20,000 bases of DNA from an uncultured virus (IMG/VR IMGVR_UViG_3300017773_000003) (lineage: Duplodnaviria; Heunggongvirae; Uroviricota; Caudoviricetes): the IMG/VR virus record IMGVR_UViG_3300017773_000003, one strand, 5' to 3'. Position numbers and translations under genes: made by a program. Shown here piece by piece: positions 16,601 through 20,000 of this stretch; position 1 is the stretch's first letter, and each line of letters begins with the position of its first letter. The notes beneath the pieces are model-generated. The model searched no databases. It was not told the DNA's origin and saw only the letters and a list, made by a program, of their open reading frames with translations.

Positions 16601-18569
16601 TATTTATACAGAGTCTATGTATTCTGCTAGTAATGGTTTATATGGAACCCCAAGTACTGGGTGTGACGGCGACACAATTGTTTCAGGGTGCGCTTTAACT
16701 AATTCTACTAATTATAATTATTTAGCAAATAACCCTTGTAATGTTCAAGGCGCAGACAATGATTGTTGTTACGAATCTATACTAGGATGTACTGATGCGA
16801 CAGCAGTTAATTTTAATCCTGCAGCAACTAATGACGATGGAAGCTGTGAAGATCACATAAATGGGTGCACAAATCCAGAGTCTCCTTCTTATAACCCCCA
16901 AGCAACTGAAGGTAACCCAGATGCTGCAACCGCTTGTATTAAAGTTATATATGGGTGTATTACTCCTACTGTAACTACATTAGATGGAGGAAGTGCTCCT
17001 TCATTCCCTTGTACTGAAGATAATACTCCTGGGTGCTATCAACAAGGATATGAACTTGGAAACGGAGTTGCTGTAACAGCTCCAAATACAGATTTTAGTG
17101 ATCCGTCTTATCAAGGAGACTTACATTGTTATCCTGTAATTGAAGGCTGTATGGATGCAACTGCTATAAACTACAATAATCCAGATCCAACGCAATCCGT
17201 AGTTATCCCATTAGATACTAGTGATAATGCGTTATTTATAAATGTAAATACTGCATGCAATGGTTGTTGTATAGCAAATGTAAATGGATGTACGGATTCA
17301 ACTGCAAGTAATTATAATCCACTAGCTACTGTTGATGATGGATCTTGTACATATGTAGATGGATGTATGGACGCTGCAGCATGGAATTATAATGCAGCAG
17401 CTACAAATAATAATGGAAGCTGCAGTTATTGTCAACAGTTTACTGTAAAAGCTACTATTACTAAACCTACAACAGATGAATCTTTGGATGGTATTATTGA
17501 GTTAACTGTAACTCCCGCTACTGGATTTAATATTTCTTGGACAGTTGGAGGGGTAGCTAATTCAGACTACGATGGATTAACTATTATTACAGGTTTGTCT
17601 GTAGGAGATTACGCATATACTATTTATGACACAACAGATACAAGCTCTGGTCCAAGCCATGAAAATCCAGCTACATTCTGTCAATTAGATGATAATATTA
17701 CTTTTGATATTATAGAGCTGTCTCCAGATGATTTTGGATGTACTGATGAAACAGCTTTTAATTATGATTCTTCTGCAATTGTTGATGATGGCTCTTGTAT
17801 AATTTACGGATGTACAGACCCAACGTCTTCTACATATAATCCTTTAGCTAATACAAATGACGGAACTTGTATATATATAGAAGGATGTACAGATGCTACA
17901 GCATGTAATTACAACTCAGACGCAATACTTGATAACGGAACTTGTACTTACCCAGTAGGATATTATAATTGTGACGGAGAATGTAATAATCCTATAGATC
18001 CATTAGTATATCCGCATCTTGCAGGGTACTGTGAAGAGCAAGTAGCAGAAGATTGTTTAGATGTAAATGCATTTAATTTTATTGGTAGAACAAGAACTTC
18101 AAGAATAAATATTAACCCAGAATCACCAAGTCAAATTGCAGCTTTACCAATAGCTGTTAGAGATGATGGGTCTTGTGTGTACTTAAACGAATGTGTTCCC
18201 CATGATATATATGATATTCAAGATGCATTAAAAAGAACAATTTCTGATCACAGTAAAACAGTTTACACTCAAATGCGTACTGGTATGCTAGAGCCAACTG
18301 ATATGGAAATATTATGGAAACTACAATTAGTAGACTATGCTCTAAATAGAACAGGAAATGACACTTTATTTAATTGTCAAGACTATGATCATTTAGGTCA
18401 AGTAACTTATTCAGAAGGTACAGTAACATCTACAAATTATTTAGATAGATTCCTTACATTTGCATTTAAACATGGAGATCAGCATTTTGTACAAGTTAGA
18501 AATGCACGAACTGCTCAATTAAATGTGGATAAATTTAAATCAAATAGAAACAAAAGACAAAGATCATGA
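4638..18569 (+). CDS. Giant (4643 aa) Cys-repeat multidomain protein, putative virion-associated adhesin/fibre
   Basis: A single uninterrupted 13.9-kb ORF, rich in T/N/S/G/D/C, with roughly 45-50 GCxDxxAxNY-type repeats interleaved with globular beta-rich domains. It has no obvious signal peptide and is embedded in the structural operon. The ORF is certain; the function is inferred. Confidence 0.8.
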   Translation: MAIVLAKPFIHNTGIIEVQPGDRTGYENPVLGKIYKFIITDRGSDVLSLETLGLHRCYSSDNGLQHVRIKVNAELGSNKYGCTILYGDAISSWPCTDTEPVGVNSYTEIKQSKSPEEHVIESSPAIPKGTILVELAHVVGTSVSTAANFTPTTSDYSGYTGNNIHSASYARACSDDLAFNYDSRAPRGPFTYCNYDNISKLSDREIQARTGQVDDTVTYISLEYALVPGTNDTYVFWVDMSPQVWVMYQAILWDMTYEQTGALGSNFNLELYSINGPTQTYGPGTHTICVQVNTGYAVFIDTVTITVDAQVDGCTDPEAANYNAAANNDDGSCTYKIIGCTDATATNYDSLATNACGSASDTNFSGEEENFCCLYSGCIDPIALNYNPQANVDDGSCQYETAVYGCTDASAWNYNPNATVNETSITDPRNPCIDKHFGCMDPVASNYEEEIADGVNMHKITDCDYEACTDASATNTSTGITVANYTNTQNTVSGVYGYWPQPAGSTSTVLISSSGNDPNGDSIPDLVNNSDLCTYSIPVTEPCPADNWDLATNVGTLDYNYIYDATPLNDGTFQLNTDAGKACISQLTQYTTETWAGISYKKYTEERVRVQRITCDTTELQLHTPNVYGEVVYKTTGLTDPSGAPTATAGGNALTNIYTKDSALAIADAAATAGWAGTITSTVYYYFVIISTVEDPISGMLINTDIPQPVANLFSGNNISKVTYHGGYYEPSTGNSSLFQTAAVNTTILSGYRAGTDPNGLIYNNASSSCGAAASDKMYNVYKVEVIDPCVSATVDFSSVFNCSVIGCTDQTTTNPQTGLTINEDNYNSNATASNVTSSITGLTADTIVGSSYELEGGCYHLACTDSNYVEYDSSATAVTDSTKCLNLKSFGCTDPNASNYDPNANINQTGLVSIIPGDFNNHTGLSEDTFATWSSDTAQSFNGWLTTSGWTVNANGLELSLGQNNSALTYLAFTVNPSSTYKLEINLTHYSGPKNAFLKFSPYSGAADIIPAGTNSTAIGAIVSGTPTVFTQTNISFSENTFGISFKPSNNSNILVHWIKLTPENSLVDPCVYNLEIPPLHDHCSPGLFEDVYNSDTSAFSNAMTEYDNYERNVSHNNANYGATPGLFNSSNICLGDFYSLYTSESASIHSGAFTFTYNKEVSEVFDKTLVINSSNKVLYLNSKTSTNYYNLNNFKHNNSNVGGNVDKVDPVGLQQTLDNLTANGYTAEITLFESFHIRFDKSIRFKINPERCDTPNACTDNEEWTNEKAYTLEEIASLTALGEFVIENNEADTLWTRFGFNGLPDDTSNFLTGPHANSFIPAVGTPEAAQYPDGYVYSDSSVSPDCDASFKRPAYNVLKVVKDVYYGDCSFHSINLSPYIEDTPSSQILGCTDPAAANYNSNATANTPGFLGNTECVYFVTGPTGGDPTIDDTPVPTDGCSYDVLLQFIGAETGPNSNTVQAAVTIILYQIYIDGLGQTQYDEIGTIADWEACEDGFQAGENGIYFEQPVSYDPFDTTSQNVITELIPTGDNAIAGATWLNEQNQAEFVIEITQSYPELTYVDSNGETVTGLTQTVSHNFFIPLVVEGCTAALSFNYNPDATCNVEVGVEGQCIPVIEGCEAEGNFNSNNGILSSVGGTGNPLAVVGNPFTGNTLLDVNTDNGTCIPLISGCMDQTATNYNNALTDNGENIDYSAAGLTSSSYNLPFNVNVSDPSFCYYCPVSGITGIDTLTENFVVTADEEGTDNDISYSFETAGQFDVPGFLVDNTTEYEVTYNYINTTTLATASPAITQVFQSTTSSDHGSFYLNNQAVTAPYYRSNGTLVLYSISVTYEYNQGPAYDGTDTTINRCTGSNAHTLTFLINHSGAPSFELGCMDSTAFNFNVNATVDNGAQCIPYIYGCLNQNAANYNNYNIGNVTEISAGPGVDVNVQITADNDPSNFNDFQCQFLGCTDSAADNYNPQATAGGLNAGVSTESTAPNFCEFNGCTDSNASNYLSYANVDDGSCLFPGCTDAAADNYDSNANLNDGSCILTGCMDHGQWPEIATGTLTGISNDILATYNPQNVTSPIPGVAANNYNSNANAHNAATCIYEGCNDQNANNYDEVFTVNDGSCIYSGCIDTSTPTIVGSGLDIDILGGFTNYNSSANSDDCLGSSIALTGHLPVAGLPYGSQPITWLGASQPGGWIPSNGGAINVYPDTSSGYNSGVKFVRKPGSTIASDVSLVSLPLTEDTTITQGPQISAIGGRKLLPNSSYKITITATTDQASGVKFTVGQSLGLTAWTPTVDANANYKINYTSLNLSNPGDSDTTTVPLPGINLPLTFGGSSSGQFYTTVLSEVTTVAADQNTLSTFIIEFNTGVNHTNRNINLVIKNLNAGKNVIIHDINIQRDFCPDVTSTTADNSIVCYLHGCGIDGLYPDGHVNAGQPWATNYNNLVTYSIPSGSFGPNNEPGCTRGGCTNQYADNYDPFATFDNGTCTISICTDTAATIDGNNASNYYTADADNPNLVAGTIVDPTHSDYNGITFNDAGCVWLGCTNSASFNYDSQATTDTTLNPVHTSSCEAVVLGCTDTYAYNYNDTNGDGVANDPPVNTDNGSCCDNLYYPINGVGKLNVEGIGSQGPQLFDSAKLYQLVDPYEPNTVTSTSTSYTITCPASGTHQKGGRLYLGFIGNTNPNDIYGIGNVGLEPNNIYNLKATVVYTNETNASFRLNRTPVSGITYEVEQVAYSATQNINIDFEYESDNWNYFIEFYALSNNATVTVSNLEIKKHTAVFPLLSQYNCAGTATVDLAFDSLYDLDPLGDGGESTMTITSHPATSAGSGVPDYGTTIFTYSNVDWGHLDSYYRDELFHPTETYTASRWTAAANCTISNPTADSIKVTAGTSAGDTGMSTVLKASCIDGTGILTSYTPNEDPQCPTILVAGGGLNHMNTGYLDNDNGAISQQTTSYTLEFVLDTDDSNVEVDVTDGAGNILATSTAGPGVEVRRMIFSVPTGKENECTLQLDALSDNKYATISGLSLKRGFPIGIYDTLNSGKGVASHIRIIFNYPNASGALTGCTYDQTVVVAPPCLVQSGCTDNGLEVNGAGLVNDLTSDSMSAVNYNPLANTDDGSCVARVLGCTDSTAKNYSAAANTNWTTATNHTSPCYPKVHGCTDPTAWNYNNYWMNNVGGGTFNQAFHNTMATEDWVSGTDLGTEYTGSEKFLIQSELGPGSTMTTQLQNVDGFEYSELVPAPDSPYSQYPGAFGDYPQAVTGVLGIDVNESISSGPGSCIAKVFGCTDSTATNYSSAANTEYVPSNCCYDLAADDPYIGPLPFITEEVCDLRPYVAADGAYSANIQVNVRLANDNIVSELKLESTLYTLTSKNRAGVTIDTTTASFATLLDAGVNLKTYKYALDADATLEAAYLNSNVTNSAFVTAHIGNDDNRASKITVDVSYQSAYEQGQAGTTLCTGVTQDVSLLPAIGTETAGGLVYKTDAANDYSYIVKTQTLEDSVFGCRGTNISGAVGANIGDGIANTLAIEAACTTANTAADRAANLNDAGFTDWYLPSQGELVEIYNALVNTNLYSAFANGEYVSSTQANANEVKAVNFANGTVSNISKESTFKVLAVRRTNSSHIGQGDPSCKSLYGCTDPGFTEYYANPSVNTDSAGALIDNGTCLTPAVIGCTNANYTESYTTVNENIVSAANSPFDYNITTYSVSGSSTINVNDPTTCQTVLIPGCTDPDYANFYGPVQSSIGPDGQDFYGGSNGLPNNITYTFTNAYGVSETITADHYNKDNGTCTVSAEAGCRDKFSDSVTYTDIQTGLPTTITPTFCLYTPTVNVALPGACEGVHGCTDTEYAESSYYTAECDAENGTEGVVCENLAISACTDPNYLEYDSNPFAISNQDLCVTFKVEGCTDSTYAEYYQVIAAGNSVPNFDPLPGTNTTSDSSLNNGSCINLIGCVDATNTAAYNPSDYTTITGDGVSIANGGNGYAAGELIYIGIQNATPIYTESMYSASNGLYGTPSTGCDGDTIVSGCALTNSTNYNYLANNPCNVQGADNDCCYESILGCTDATAVNFNPAATNDDGSCEDHINGCTNPESPSYNPQATEGNPDAATACIKVIYGCITPTVTTLDGGSAPSFPCTEDNTPGCYQQGYELGNGVAVTAPNTDFSDPSYQGDLHCYPVIEGCMDATAINYNNPDPTQSVVIPLDTSDNALFINVNTACNGCCIANVNGCTDSTASNYNPLATVDDGSCTYVDGCMDAAAWNYNAAATNNNGSCSYCQQFTVKATITKPTTDESLDGIIELTVTPATGFNISWTVGGVANSDYDGLTIITGLSVGDYAYTIYDTTDTSSGPSHENPATFCQLDDNITFDIIELSPDDFGCTDETAFNYDSSAIVDDGSCIIYGCTDPTSSTYNPLANTNDGTCIYIEGCTDATACNYNSDAILDNGTCTYPVGYYNCDGECNNPIDPLVYPHLAGYCEEQVAEDCLDVNAFNFIGRTRTSRININPESPSQIAALPIAVRDDGSCVYLNECVPHDIYDIQDALKRTISDHSKTVYTQMRTGMLEPTDMEILWKLQLVDYALNRTGNDTLFNCQDYDHLGQVTYSEGTVTSTNYLDRFLTFAFKHGDQHFVQVRNARTAQLNVDKFKSNRNKRQRS
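15018..15464 (+). other. DUF1566 / Lcl-like C-type-lectin-fold domain inside the giant ORF
   Basis: Pattern IG....GGLVY ... IGDG..NT..I...C.....AA.....L...GFTDWYLPSQGEL..IY ... EYVSSTQ ... VNF.NG......K.....VLAVR. Confidence 0.8.
17430..17705 (+). other. SprB-repeat-like Ig module inside the giant ORF
   Basis: TITKPT.....DGIIELTV......ISW......ITGLSVGDYAYTIYD......C matches the SprB repeat pattern DG.I...V......YSW......L.GL..G.Y.VTV.D..GC. Confidence 0.65.
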
Positions 18570-18991
18570 CACAAGGAACAATTACACTTACGCAAACTAA
18601 AGGTGAATTTTTAGAATTACTAAAAGGTTTGTGGAGCGCATCACACTTAAAAGGTAAAGAACTAAGTGTGTTAATTAATGATAATGCAGCAGTAATTAAA
18701 AATTTATTAGAAAATTTATTGTGGGTAAATCCTAGTAATGAATTTGCAACTGTAGCTCGTCAAATATCTAGACTTCAAAAAGCAAAAGCAGACGGATGGG
18801 AAGCAGAAGTCATAGCATTAGAAGATGCTAATAAAGATATTATTGATGCTAGAAACACAGAAGTAGCAAATATGAAAACAGCTCTAGAAGAAGAAGTTGC
18901 ATTAGAATTAAAATTAATTCCTGATGAACTTTTTACAGATGAAGTAACAGCAAATATACTATTTTCTTTAAATTCGATTATAAAAAAATAA
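18566..18991 (+). CDS. Small acidic helical/coiled-coil phage protein, possibly a fibre assembly chaperone (loosely DUF1617-like)
   Basis: 141 aa. Its start overlaps the giant ORF stop (ATGA at 18566-18569). It is predicted helical by eye and ends EEEVALELKLIP.......TANILFSL..II. It lies directly upstream of a fibre gene. Confidence 0.55.
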   Translation: MTQGTITLTQTKGEFLELLKGLWSASHLKGKELSVLINDNAAVIKNLLENLLWVNPSNEFATVARQISRLQKAKADGWEAEVIALEDANKDIIDARNTEVANMKTALEEEVALELKLIPDELFTDEVTANILFSLNSIIKK

Positions 18992-18992
18992 A

Positions 18993-20000
18993 ATGCGAGT
19001 AGGGCAAAGCTACATAACATCAGGCAATAAAACTGTACAGATTAGTGATAACACTTCTCCTTTACAAGAAATTAGCTTTTTAAGTTTACTTAATAAAACT
19101 GATTATACTTGCCGTGTAGTTATTAGGCTTAGCACTACTGATACATCAACATTTCCAGATGGATATAAACATTTGTATGAATTTAAATTAGAGCCTGCTG
19201 AAACTAGAAATTTTGGCTTAGAAGATTTCCCATCAGGAGCTACAGGTGCTACACACTTTGGCGGTAGCGCTACAACAAATAAATTAGAAGTTTACAGTGA
19301 AGACGAATTTCCACATTTATTTGTTTTTTATTCAGTTCATGATATGTCTAATCCAAGATCTTTAACAGGAGTACAAACAAACTTTGTAGGAGATTCTGGT
19401 TCAGGTGGAGCTCAAGGTTTAGTTCCTCCCCCAAGTGCAGGAGACGCTGCAGCAGGTAAATATTTAGATTCTGATGGGACATGGACTACTCCTCCTGACA
19501 CAAATACTACTCCAGATGCAACTAATGTAGCTGCAGCAGGGGCATTGATGGATTCAGAAGTTACTAATTTAGCACAAGTTAAAGCTTTTTCTTCTGCTGA
19601 TTACGCTACTGCAGCACAAGGTACTAAAGCTGACACAGCTCATGGCTGGGGTAATCATGGTAGTGCCGGATATAGCACAGCTACAAGTGTAGAGAATAAT
19701 GCAGACGTTACTGATACAACTAATGTTACTTCGGCTGGAGCTCTAATGGACTCTGAATTGACAGACCTTGCTGGCGTAAAAGGCGTTACAATATCAACTC
19801 TTCAGGTTAAGCCTTCAGAGGGTGCTTTCGCCAATGGAGATAAAACCAAACTCGATGGCATCGCTACAGGTGCAGAAGTTAATGTACAAAGTGATTGGAA
19901 CTCTTCAAGTGGAGATAACCAAATACTTAATAAACCTACTGTAACCGCATTTGCTGGCGCAGTTTCTACGGGAAATATATTATGGAAGCAAGCTAAAGTA
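18993..20000 (+). CDS. Tail fibre protein, 3'-truncated (not in the supplied ORF track)
   Basis: Translated by hand: ATG at 18993, open for 336 codons to the window end (MRVGQSYITSGNKTVQ...ILWKQAKV). It carries common phage fibre shaft motifs GLVPPPSAGDAAAGKYLDSDGTW, DATNVAAAGALMDSE (two copies), YATAAQGTKAD, AHGWGNH and DKTKLDGIATGAEVNVQSDWNSSSGDNQILNKP. Confidence 0.85.
   Translation, partial: MRVGQSYITSGNKTVQISDNTSPLQEISFLSLLNKTDYTCRVVIRLSTTDTSTFPDGYKHLYEFKLEPAETRNFGLEDFPSGATGATHFGGSATTNKLEVYSEDEFPHLFVFYSVHDMSNPRSLTGVQTNFVGDSGSGGAQGLVPPPSAGDAAAGKYLDSDGTWTTPPDTNTTPDATNVAAAGALMDSEVTNLAQVKAFSSADYATAAQGTKADTAHGWGNHGSAGYSTATSVENNADVTDTTNVTSAGALMDSELTDLAGVKGVTISTLQVKPSEGAFANGDKTKLDGIATGAEVNVQSDWNSSSGDNQILNKPTVTAFAGAVSTGNILWKQAKV

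Larger units (their letters stand above)
5574..18185 (+). repeat. Dispersed protein-level repeat G-C-[TM]-D-x-x-A-x-N-Y-[ND]-x-x-A-x-x-D-[DN]-G-[ST]-C
   Basis: Examples: GCTDPEAANYNAAANNDDGSC (5574), GCIDPIALNYNPQANVDDGSC, GCTDAAADNYDSNANLNDGSC, GCTDSTASNYNPLATVDDGSC, GCTDATACNYNSDAILDNGTC. My manual count is about 45-50 including degenerate copies, arranged in clusters. The copies are diverged at the DNA level. Confidence 0.95.

Noticed and set aside
5574..18185. Recurring GGATGTACAGA-like DNA words as a CRISPR array or DNA-level repeat
   Set aside because: Spacing is irregular, copies vary at synonymous positions, and all are in frame; the protein repeat explains them.
4638..18569. Giant ORF as virion RNA polymerase/cargo protein or tape measure protein
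   Set aside because: I saw no DxDxD polymerase motif in a plausible context. The composition is Cys/Thr/Asn-rich and beta/repeat-like rather than helical.
18775..19020. Minus-strand 81-aa ORF
   Set aside because: It overlaps two coupled plus-strand genes and has no independent support.
3..20000. Stop-codon reassignment (TAG or TGA), known in some crAss-like phages
   Set aside because: All genes, including a 4643-codon ORF, are open in the standard code with near-complete coding density, so no recoding is needed.

Overview
This AT-rich window is part of the virion (late) gene module of a tailed dsDNA phage, most likely a crAss-like (Crassvirales-related) phage of Bacteroidota. All credible genes are on the + strand and read in the standard code. 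In order: major capsid protein (5'-truncated), intrinsic terminator, conserved post-MCP protein, tail ring protein, auxiliary capsid protein, second terminator, and a Cys-rich tail-hub-like protein. These are followed by a giant 4643-aa protein, a small helical protein, and a 3'-truncated tail fibre gene missing from the supplied ORF track. The giant protein is the main object of interest. It has roughly 45-50 Cys-bracketed GCTDxxAxNY...DDGSC repeats forming a scaffold, with about four CBM-like jelly-roll domains, a DUF1566/C-type-lectin-fold domain and SprB-like/Ig-like modules inserted, some nested. It ends in a helical domain that may anchor it to the tail. All family assignments come from recalled motifs and synteny, not from database searches.
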